A stretch of DNA of 64,000 nt from the NCBI GenBank assembly GCA_963787125.1, contig CAWBBV010000001.1, forward strand, positions 480,001 through 544,000, written 5' to 3'. Within the stretch, counting starts at the first letter, position 1. The number at the start of each line of letters is the position of its first letter. A program made the translations under genes and the position numbers. Origin of the DNA: an uncultured delta proteobacterium. Lineage in GTDB: Bacteria > Desulfobacterota > Desulfuromonadia > Geobacterales > DSM-12255. Under the pieces are notes generated by a model that searched no databases, was not told the origin of the DNA, and saw nothing but the letters and a program-made list of their open reading frames with translations. Below, piece by piece: positions 41,908 to 50,024 of this stretch.

Positions 41908-42570
41908 GTGAGCATGCTCATGGACCTGCGCCGCCACATCCCCTTTGAAGAGTTCGACTACCAGATCCTCCTGGATTCGCTGCGGGAGTACGCGCATCCT
42001 CGCAAGAAGATCACCTCTCTTTTGCGCAAGGGTGAGATTATCCGGGTGAAGAAGGGGCTTTACCTCTTCGGCGAGCAGTACCGCCGCGCCTCGTACTGCC
42101 GCGAACTGCTGGCCAACCTTATTTACGGCCCATCCTGCGTTTCCCTTGAATATGCCCTCCACTATCACGGCCTGATCCCTGAGCGGGTCGAGACGGTCAC
42201 CTCGGTCACCTGCGGCCGGTCACACAGCTTTGACACCCCTGTCGGACATTTCAGCTATCGTGCCATCCCGATGCCGGCCTACAGAATTGGTATCGACCGT
42301 ATTGAATTGGCCGACGGGCGGGCGTTTCTCATGGCAATACCGGAAAAGGCGCTGGCCGACCGGGTGGTAGCGGAACGGGGGAGCGCCCTGAGGACGCAAA
42401 AAGAACTGGCAGTTTTCCTGCAGGATAACCTGCGCATTGACGAGTCCAGCCTCAAGGGGCTCGATCCCGAAGCAATCCTGACCATTGCCGCGGCTTATCG
42501 CTCCCGGCGGCTGAAGCTGCTTGGGCAGGTGGTCGCCCGGCTGAAGAGTGCGGAGGCGTCCCATGCATGA
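41908..42570 (+). CDS. AbiEi-like type IV TA antitoxin
   Basis: IIRVKKGLY, PSCVSLEYALHYHGLIPE, PEKALAD; coupled to AbiEii. Confidence 0.85.
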   Translation: MSMLMDLRRHIPFEEFDYQILLDSLREYAHPRKKITSLLRKGEIIRVKKGLYLFGEQYRRASYCRELLANLIYGPSCVSLEYALHYHGLIPERVETVTSVTCGRSHSFDTPVGHFSYRAIPMPAYRIGIDRIELADGRAFLMAIPEKALADRVVAERGSALRTQKELAVFLQDNLRIDESSLKGLDPEAILTIAAAYRSRRLKLLGQVVARLKSAEASHA

Positions 42571-43444
42571 TGCCGTAGCGCGGATGCTGTCCCGATACGA
42601 GAACAGAAGCCTGGACGACCAGATGCGGGCGCTGCGGGAGATCATCCAGGAGGTGGCCCTGCTCGGTTTGTGGCGCGCCCGGTTTTTTGAGCATGGGGCA
42701 TTTTACGGTGGCACCGCTCTGCGGATTCTCCACGGCCTGGACCGTTTTTCCGAAGATCTGGATTTTTCCCTGCTGGCGCCGGCAGCTGACTTTTCTTTGC
42801 AGCGCTTCAGTGCGGCTTTGGAAGAGGAGGTGCGGGCTTTCGGTTTCAACCTGCGGGTCGAGTCGGTCAACAAATCGGTGGAAAGCGCCGTGCAGTCTGC
42901 CTTTCTCAAGGCGAATACCCGCAACGAGCTGCTGGTGATCGAGACCGACGAGCGGCTTACCCGGAATACCCCGCCGGGGCAGGTGCTGAAAATCAAGATC
43001 GAGGTGGACACCGATCCGCCGCCGGGGTTCATGACCACGACCCGGTTTCTGCTCCAGCCGATACCCTTTGCTGTCCGCTGCTATACGCTCCCCAGTCTGT
43101 TTGCCGGTAAAATCCATGCGCTGCTCTTCCGCCGCTGGAACAACCGGGTCAAGGGGCGCGACTGGTACGACCTTGTCTGGTATGCGGCTAATCATCCCCA
43201 GCTCAACCTGTATCACCTGGAACAGCGGATGCGGCAGACCGGGCAGTGGAGCGGCGAAAGCCGCCTGACAAAGAAGCAGTTCGCTGAACTGATGAACAGC
43301 GCCATCGATCGCCTGGATCTGGAACAGGCACGGCAGGATGTTTCCCCTTTTGTGAAAGACCAGCAGGCTCTGGCGATCTGGTCCCGGGATTTCTTCCGGG
43401 ATGTGGCGGCCAGAATCAGTATTGTGGAAGAACAGGAGGTGTAA
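42563..43444 (+). CDS. AbiEii/AbiGii nucleotidyltransferase toxin
   Basis: FYGGTALR...RFSEDLDF, KIKIEVD, GKIHALL, KGRDWYD. Confidence 0.92.
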   Translation: MHDAVARMLSRYENRSLDDQMRALREIIQEVALLGLWRARFFEHGAFYGGTALRILHGLDRFSEDLDFSLLAPAADFSLQRFSAALEEEVRAFGFNLRVESVNKSVESAVQSAFLKANTRNELLVIETDERLTRNTPPGQVLKIKIEVDTDPPPGFMTTTRFLLQPIPFAVRCYTLPSLFAGKIHALLFRRWNNRVKGRDWYDLVWYAANHPQLNLYHLEQRMRQTGQWSGESRLTKKQFAELMNSAIDRLDLEQARQDVSPFVKDQQALAIWSRDFFRDVAARISIVEEQEV

Positions 43445-43511
43445 CGCCCCTTGCCCAATTTCATCTCCGAAGACAGTATCGAAAAGGCCATTCTAATGCG
43501 GCTGGGCTAGC

Positions 43512-44735
43512 TCAGAGCAAAGCGACGTCATCGTTGTTATCAACAAGCTCCGCCGGCAGACTCTTCCCCGGTTTTATCCCCAGTTCCCGCAGCATCTCTG
43601 CCTGACGGATGACATTGCCCTTACCGCTATAGAATTTACCGCAGGCATCGTCATAACTTCGCTGCGCCTGGTTCAGCCTTGCGCCGAGCCCCTTCAGGTC
43701 ATCCACAAAGCCGACCAGCTTGTCGTAGAGCTCAGCGCCCCGCCTGGCGATCTCCTGGGCATTTTTGTTCTGCTGCTCCTGCCGCCAGAGGTGGGCAACG
43801 GTTCGCAGGACAAAGAGGAGAGTGCCGGGGCTTACCAGGAGGATATTTCGTTTCCAGGCATCCTGCCAAAGGTCACTGTCGTGGGCGCTGGCCAGCATGA
43901 AGGCCGGTTCTACCGGGATAAACATGATGACAAAGTCGAGTGATTTGACGCCGTGAATATCCTGGTAGTTCTTCTCGGCAAGTCCCTTTATATGGACCCT
44001 GATGGAGTCAAGATGTCTCTTTAGAGTGATCTCCCTGGCCTGGTCGCTGTCGGAGTTGACATGCTCTTCGTAGGCACTCAGGGAGACCTTGGCGTCAATG
44101 ACGATATGGCGCTCTTCAGGAAGATTGATAATCACGTCAGGCTGAACCCTGCTGCCATCTTCGCGGCTGTGACTCTCCTGAACAGTGTACTCAAAACCTT
44201 TTCGCAGACCCGATGATTCCAGAATCTTTTCCAGAATCATCTCTCCCCAGTTCCCTTGAGTCTTGCTGGAGCCTTTTAACGCCCGGGTCAGGTTGTGGGC
44301 ATCATCAGAAAGCTGGCGGTTGAGCGCCATCAGCCCTCTGACCTGCTCGGCCAGGGCGCTGCGGTCTTTGCCTTCCTGGAGATAAACCTCTTCGACTTTC
44401 CACTGAAATTCGGTCAGTTTAAGTTTGAGCGGTTCCAGCAGTTGCCCGATATTGGCCTGATTCTGCTCGGTGAATCTCTTTGACTTATCTTCGAGAATCT
44501 CGGCGGCCAGCGCCTTGAACTGGTTGGAAAGCTGCTCCCTGGCATCATTCACCAACGCCAGTTTTTCCAGGTGGTGTCTTTGCTCGGCAGCCAGTCGCTC
44601 TGCAAGGCGGGCGATCTCAACCTGGCCTTCACTTCTGGCAAGCCGGGCAGCGTCTTGAGCCTTTTTCCCAAGGAGTACGGTTGCTGAGGCAATGCCGATA
44701 CCGATGCCGATGACGAGAGTTATGACTGTTTCCAT
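43512..44735 (-). CDS. rmuC: DNA recombination protein RmuC
   Basis: KTQGNWGEMILE, QPDVIINLP, IDAKVSL, LDFVIMFIPVEPAF. Confidence 0.95.
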   Translation of the reverse strand: METVITLVIGIGIGIASATVLLGKKAQDAARLARSEGQVEIARLAERLAAEQRHHLEKLALVNDAREQLSNQFKALAAEILEDKSKRFTEQNQANIGQLLEPLKLKLTEFQWKVEEVYLQEGKDRSALAEQVRGLMALNRQLSDDAHNLTRALKGSSKTQGNWGEMILEKILESSGLRKGFEYTVQESHSREDGSRVQPDVIINLPEERHIVIDAKVSLSAYEEHVNSDSDQAREITLKRHLDSIRVHIKGLAEKNYQDIHGVKSLDFVIMFIPVEPAFMLASAHDSDLWQDAWKRNILLVSPGTLLFVLRTVAHLWRQEQQNKNAQEIARRGAELYDKLVGFVDDLKGLGARLNQAQRSYDDACGKFYSGKGNVIRQAEMLRELGIKPGKSLPAELVDNNDDVALL

Positions 44736-44777
44736 AGCTCCTCCCTGAAACGGAATTATTCCGCGGAATTAGTGTTG

Positions 44778-46178
44778 TTATGATTTGGTGTCGACAGCAA
44801 GGGTCTGCAGCGACGTTTCCAGAAGGGTCAGATCATTGTCGAGGATAGTTCGGGTGTCAAGGAGAAAGAGGCCCTTGGCAATCCGGCCGATCACCGGGGT
44901 TGGCGCAGTGCGCAGTCGCTGCTCTATCTCGACCGCAGAGAGGGTGGGACTTGTTACCGTCAGAAGTTTTGTCGGCAGTTGCAGTAGCGGCAGCGTACCG
45001 CCACCGGCCATGGAAAAACCGCTGACCAGTTCAAGGGAAATAGTTGGCGGTAGAACTTTCTTCAATCTTCGCAGCAGCTTCCGTGCCCGGATATTCAGAT
45101 CCTTTTCCGGGATAGTCAGCATTCGCAGAATCGGGATGTCCAGTAAAGCGCTCCGCTCGTCGCGGTGCAGCTTTAAGACCCCTTCCAGGGCGCACAGGGT
45201 CATTTTGTCTACCCGCAGAGCTCTCAGGAGCGGATGTTTTTTCAGCGGCTCGATGAAACATTTTTTGCCGGCAATGATGCCTGCCTGTGGTCCACCCAGA
45301 AGCTTGTCGCCGCTGCAGACAACAATATCAGCCCCTGTGGACAGGTATTCACGCACAGTAGTCTCCCGGCAGCCGGATATGGGTGCAAGATCGATAAACA
45401 GGCCACTGCCGGCATCAACCATAACCGGCAGACCGGCTTCCTTGCCCAGTTCGGCAAGCTGGGTATGACTGACTTCAGCAGTAAAGCCGACCATGGCAAA
45501 GTTGCTGCAGCTGACCTTCAGAAGAAGAGCGCTCTCAGGTGAGATGGCGTTGCGGTAATCCTTGAGGTGGGTCCTGTTGGTCGTGCCGACCTCCCGCAGG
45601 AGTGCGCCACTCTGGGTCATGATATCCGGAATCCTGAAGGAGCCGCCGATCTCCACAAGTTCGCCGCGGGAAACGATGACTTCACGCCCTTTGGCAAGGG
45701 ATGAAAGAGCCAGCAACAGGGCGGCTGCATTGTTGTTAACCACCAGGGCGGCTTCTGCACCGGTAAGCTCGCAGATCAGCGGTTCCACATGACTGTAGCG
45801 ATCGCCCCGTTCTCCGCTTTGGCCATCGAATTCCAGATTTGAGTAGTGGAGCGCTGTTGCGGTTAGCTGTTGAGCGATCTTTTGCGGCAGGGGGGAACGG
45901 CCGAGATTGGTGTGGATGACTGTGCCGGTGGCATTGATGACCCGGCGCAGCGAAAAGCTGTTGTCTCTTTGCAGTTCTTTCGTAACCAGGGCGGCGATAG
46001 CGGGAAACTCAACGGCTGCAGCGGTAACAGCGCCGGTTTTTATTTGTGCGCGGATCGTTTCAAGGACAGTCCTGACGGCTTTCAGAACAGCCGTGCCGGG
46101 GTTGCTTTCCCGGATTGCCTGAAATGCCGGATCAGCAATCAGTTTGTCTACTTTTGGGATCTTGCGCAAAACTGACAT
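44778..46178 (-). CDS. selA: L-seryl-tRNA(Sec) selenium transferase
   Basis: VINATGTVIHTNLGRS, VVNNNAAA, SRGELVEIGGSFRIP, SGDKLLGGPQAG. Confidence 0.97.
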   Translation of the reverse strand: MSVLRKIPKVDKLIADPAFQAIRESNPGTAVLKAVRTVLETIRAQIKTGAVTAAAVEFPAIAALVTKELQRDNSFSLRRVINATGTVIHTNLGRSPLPQKIAQQLTATALHYSNLEFDGQSGERGDRYSHVEPLICELTGAEAALVVNNNAAALLLALSSLAKGREVIVSRGELVEIGGSFRIPDIMTQSGALLREVGTTNRTHLKDYRNAISPESALLLKVSCSNFAMVGFTAEVSHTQLAELGKEAGLPVMVDAGSGLFIDLAPISGCRETTVREYLSTGADIVVCSGDKLLGGPQAGIIAGKKCFIEPLKKHPLLRALRVDKMTLCALEGVLKLHRDERSALLDIPILRMLTIPEKDLNIRARKLLRRLKKVLPPTISLELVSGFSMAGGGTLPLLQLPTKLLTVTSPTLSAVEIEQRLRTAPTPVIGRIAKGLFLLDTRTILDNDLTLLETSLQTLAVDTKS

Positions 46179-46186
46179 GGTTAGTC

Positions 46187-46894
46187 TCAGATATCGACCT
46201 GTGCTGCGGCCAACTGCTCGCTCGGAGTGAAAGAGGCGTCTGCTTCGCCCTTCTCCATCAGAACCCGACCGCCGTATTCGGCGTTTTTCCGGACAAGTTG
46301 CTCTGCCAGTTCGGCGTTTCTTGCCCTGAATGCCTCGATTATTTTGACGTGTTCCTGGACGGAGACTTTCATCCGGCCCGGTTTTGAGAGTGATTCATAG
46401 CGGAGTCGCTGGAATTTGCTTAAAAGGCCGTTGATCATCTCATCAAGCTTCTCATTGTCAGCAGCTTTGCGAAACAGCTCATGAAAGTCGTTGTGAACTT
46501 TGAAGAAATGTTTGATGTCACCAGCGGCAGCCAGCTGCCCCAGCTTTTCGTTGATAGCGACAAGCTTGTCGATCTCCTTTTCGGTCAGGTTCTTACAGGC
46601 CTGCAGCGCCGCGTACCCTTCGAGGATGCTCTTGATCGCATAGAACTCTTCGATCTCTTTGGAGGAGAAGGAGACAACCACTGCGCCTTTGCGGGGAATA
46701 ACCGTCAGATAGCCTTCAGATTCCAATTGGCGAAAGGCTTCACGAATCGGCGTTCTGCTGATGCCGAAACGTTCGGCCAACTCAGGTTCCGCCACTTTTT
46801 CGCCGGCTTTCAGCGTGCCGCTGGTGATGGCATCACGAATCGTTTCGAGGATTTTTTCCCGTAAAGTCAGGTGCTTTTCAATGGATCTTTTCAT
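46187..46894 (-). CDS. GntR/FadR (FCD) family transcriptional regulator
   Basis: LAERFGISRTPIREA...LESEG, NDFH, EHVKII. Confidence 0.92.
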   Translation of the reverse strand: MKRSIEKHLTLREKILETIRDAITSGTLKAGEKVAEPELAERFGISRTPIREAFRQLESEGYLTVIPRKGAVVVSFSSKEIEEFYAIKSILEGYAALQACKNLTEKEIDKLVAINEKLGQLAAAGDIKHFFKVHNDFHELFRKAADNEKLDEMINGLLSKFQRLRYESLSKPGRMKVSVQEHVKIIEAFRARNAELAEQLVRKNAEYGGRVLMEKGEADASFTPSEQLAAAQVDI

Positions 46895-46918
46895 TTTCAA
46901 AACTCCGAATTGGTTTGT

Positions 46919-46945
46919 TTTCATTGTATACTGTATACAATGAAA
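46919..46945. promoter_or_regulatory. Perfect 13-1-13 palindrome, probable GntR operator
   Basis: tttcattgtatac-t-gtatacaatgaaa just upstream of the regulator. Confidence 0.75.
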
Positions 46946-47099
46946 GTCAAGCCGGAGTATAACATCATTTGGTAAAAATGATCAGGCTGAGTCTGTCAGG
47001 GGTTTTTTGCCTGGTTATCGTGGTCTTTCGCTTGAATTTTACAAGCGCGGGATGTAATCTCTCGACTGTTGCATAATGAGCGTAAGTTAGAGGTTTTGA

Positions 47100-48152
47100 T
47101 TGGATCCTATCAGGCATCTGAAAATATCAATGATGGTTTTGCTGGCGCTGGTTTCTCTCGGCGTTAGCGGCTATATGACGATCGAGGGGTGGTCACTGCT
47201 CGACGCGCTCTATATGACAATCATTACCCTTGGCACCGTCGGTTTCAAGGAGGTACATGACCTCTCCCCCTATGGCAAGATGTTTACCATCTGTCTGATC
47301 ATCTTTGGGGTCAGCGTGCTCGGTTATATTGTGGGAAGTCTTGCCCAGATCATGTTTGAAGGCCAGATTCAGAGGATTATCGGGAGGAAGAAAGTGGAGA
47401 AAAGGATCGATTCCCTCAAGGATCATTACATTATCTGCGGTTTCGGTCGCATCGGCCAGCTTATCTGCAAGGAGTTCGCCGCGAAACCGATACCGTTTCT
47501 GGTGCTGGAGAAGCATCCGGAGGCGCACGAAAAGCTGCATCACGAAGAGTATCTGCACCTGCGCGGCGATGCCACTGAAGATGAGACGCTGCTACGGGCC
47601 GGGATAAAAAGAGCCAAAGGGCTGATTTCGGTAGTAACGTCAGATTCGGAGAACGTTTATATCACTCTGACCGCCAGGGGGTTGAACCCGGACCTTTATA
47701 TCCTTGCCCGGTCGGGTGAAGAGGGTTCGGAAATCAAGCTGCGGCGCGCCGGCGCCAACAAGGTCGTTTCTCCCTACGTGATCGGTGGCGGCAGAATGGC
47801 ACAGGCGATTCTGCGCCCAAATGTAGTCGATTTTATCGAAATTGCCACTGGCCGCGAACATCTTGAACTGCAGATGGAAGAGATCATGATTCCGGCCCAA
47901 TCAGCGTTTGTCGGCGAGAATCTGATCAGCTCCGGTTTTCGGAAAGAGACCGGCACCATCATTGTCGGCATCAAAAAGTGCAGTGGCAAGATGGTATTCA
48001 ATCCTGAATCCCACTCCAAAATGGAGGCAGGTGATACCTTGATCGTGCTGGGCCATCCGGCGGCGATCAAGAAGCTGGAAGATCTGATACTGTGTGAATC
48101 CTGCGCTGCCGATGTAATCAAAAAACATAAACCGGAGTATCCCCGTGCCTAG
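47100..48152 (+). CDS. Potassium channel with RCK (TrkA-N/TrkA-C) domains
   Basis: TLGTVGF filter, CGFGRIG Rossmann motif, GDAT, RAGANKVVSP. Confidence 0.93.
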   Translation: MDPIRHLKISMMVLLALVSLGVSGYMTIEGWSLLDALYMTIITLGTVGFKEVHDLSPYGKMFTICLIIFGVSVLGYIVGSLAQIMFEGQIQRIIGRKKVEKRIDSLKDHYIICGFGRIGQLICKEFAAKPIPFLVLEKHPEAHEKLHHEEYLHLRGDATEDETLLRAGIKRAKGLISVVTSDSENVYITLTARGLNPDLYILARSGEEGSEIKLRRAGANKVVSPYVIGGGRMAQAILRPNVVDFIEIATGREHLELQMEEIMIPAQSAFVGENLISSGFRKETGTIIVGIKKCSGKMVFNPESHSKMEAGDTLIVLGHPAAIKKLEDLILCESCAADVIKKHKPEYPRA

Positions 48153-48948
48153 AACCATTCATGCCCACGTCCCTTTCCCCCAGGTGCAGCTGCATCTGGA
48201 CTACATGATCGCAAAGAATCTCCATCCCGAAATATTTTTCTCCGGAAATGTTCTGGACGAAACTTTTCCGGAAGAGATCGAGTCGGTGGCGGCAGCCCTG
48301 GCAGCCTCAGGCCGGGCCTGTACCATTCATGCCCCGTTCATGGATCTTAACCCCGGCTCTGAAGAGGATCTGATCCGGGAAGTGACCAGTCGCCGTTTCG
48401 ATCAGGTCTGCGCTGCAGCGGCAATCCTGAAGCCAAAGGTGATGGTTTTTCATCCGGGATATGACCGCTGGCGCTACGGTGAAAAGCAGAGTTCCTGGCT
48501 GGGACATTCGATTGAAACCTTCAGTGAAATACTGCAGGCTACCGAGGCGATCGGCTGCACAATAGCGGTGGAAAATATCTTTGAGGAGGAGCCGTCCACT
48601 CTGCTCGCTCTTCTGGAGTCTTTCAACCACCCCCGACTGCGTCACTGCTTCGATGTCGGCCACTGGAACCTTTTCCATGCTCCCGGTATCGGCCTGGACG
48701 AGTGGTTTGACGCTCTTGGAGCCCACATTGCGGAAATCCATATTCACGATAATAGTGGCAAAAAAGACGACCATGCCCCTGTTGGTGAAGGCAATATAGA
48801 CTTTGAACAGTATTTCAAGCTGCTGGACCGTTATGCCCCCGCTGCCGTCTGGACTATCGAAGCCCACAGTCGCGCCTGTCTTGAACGGGCGGTCGTCAAC
48901 GTTGCCAAATTTGCCGCTATTCCGGCCGCTCCCTTGAAATATTGCTGA
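48145..48948 (+). CDS. Sugar phosphate isomerase/epimerase (AP endonuclease 2 TIM barrel)
   Basis: HAPFMD, VFHPG, AVEN, FDVGH, HIHDN, TIE. Confidence 0.88.
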   Translation: MPRTIHAHVPFPQVQLHLDYMIAKNLHPEIFFSGNVLDETFPEEIESVAAALAASGRACTIHAPFMDLNPGSEEDLIREVTSRRFDQVCAAAAILKPKVMVFHPGYDRWRYGEKQSSWLGHSIETFSEILQATEAIGCTIAVENIFEEEPSTLLALLESFNHPRLRHCFDVGHWNLFHAPGIGLDEWFDALGAHIAEIHIHDNSGKKDDHAPVGEGNIDFEQYFKLLDRYAPAAVWTIEAHSRACLERAVVNVAKFAAIPAAPLKYC

Positions 48949-48991
48949 TGAGCGCTTATTTTTCTTTAAGATGTAGAAAAGGAGGTCATAA

Positions 48992-49156
48992 ATGAAAGAT
49001 ATCCTGCTGCTTGGCGGAGTTGTTGCCATCTGGTATGTTATGAACCGGTTTATTCTACCTAAAATGGGGATTCAGACCTGAATGTCCGACTCATGCTCCC
49101 TCGAGGATCGAGGGGCTAAAAAAAAGAACGAGTCTGAGAAGAAAGCGGAGGAATGA
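48992..49156 (+). CDS. Candidate 54-aa membrane-anchored selenoprotein (UGA at codon 30)
   Basis: GGAGG RBS 48981-48985; MKDILLLGGVVAIWYVMNRFILPKMGIQT-UGA-MSDSCSLEDRGAKKKNESEKKAEE; SECIS-like hairpin 49095-49116. Confidence 0.6.
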
Positions 49157-49157
49157 A

Positions 49158-49982
49158 ATGAATCAGCTGCAGATTGACAGGGAAAAGTGCCGGATGGACG
49201 GCATCTGTGTTGCCGTCTGCCCGATGCGAATCATTGCCATGAAAGACAGCTCGTCACTGCCGGCGCTGGTGAGCGGGACCGAAGAGCTTTGCATCAAATG
49301 TGGCCACTGTGTTGCCGTTTGTCCTCACGGTGCCTTGGCGCTTGATGATATGAAAACAGAAGACTGTCCGCCGCTGCGGGCGGAGCTTGCCATTGACAGC
49401 GATCAGGCAGAGCAGTTGATCCGCTCGCGTCGTTCGATTCGTGTTTACAGTAAAAAGCCGGTAGAGCGTGAGAAGCTGGCCAGGCTGATCGATCTGGCCC
49501 ATTATGCTCCGACCGCCACCAACAGCCAGCAGGTACAGTGGCTGGTAATAAACTCGCAGCAGCTGCATTCTCTGGCCGGGATGATTATTGACATGGTACG
49601 TTATCTGATCAAGGAAGGTCATCCGCTGGCCAAGGCCTATCGGCTCGAACGGTCGGTGGCAGCCTGGGAAGCCGGGCTGGACCCGGTTCTGCGCGGAGCG
49701 CCGGCTCTTGTCATTGCCCATGCTCCCAAAGGGTACGCCATGGGCCAGGTGGACAGCACCATCGCTCTTACATCACTGGAACTGGCTGCGCCGACTGTCG
49801 GCCTCGGCTGCTGCTGGGCCGGGTTCTTTATGATGGCTGCCGGCCAGTGGCCGCCGCTGCAAGAGGCGCTGGCGCTCCCTGAAGGCCAGGTCTGCTGCGG
49901 AGCGCTGATGATCGGTTATCCGCACTACTCCTACCACCGGCTGCCGCTCAGGAAGCCTGCGGTAATCAGCTGGCGGGGATGA
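49158..49982 (+). CDS. Nitroreductase with N-terminal ferredoxin domain
   Basis: CRMDGICVAVCP, CIKCGHCVAVCP, SRRSIRVY, APTATNSQ, GLGCCWAG. Confidence 0.92.
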   Translation: MNQLQIDREKCRMDGICVAVCPMRIIAMKDSSSLPALVSGTEELCIKCGHCVAVCPHGALALDDMKTEDCPPLRAELAIDSDQAEQLIRSRRSIRVYSKKPVEREKLARLIDLAHYAPTATNSQQVQWLVINSQQLHSLAGMIIDMVRYLIKEGHPLAKAYRLERSVAAWEAGLDPVLRGAPALVIAHAPKGYAMGQVDSTIALTSLELAAPTVGLGCCWAGFFMMAAGQWPPLQEALALPEGQVCCGALMIGYPHYSYHRLPLRKPAVISWRG

Positions 49983-50024
49983 AGGCGTCGGGAAGAGTGC
50001 CCCATCTTGATTAGGCGGCTATAA

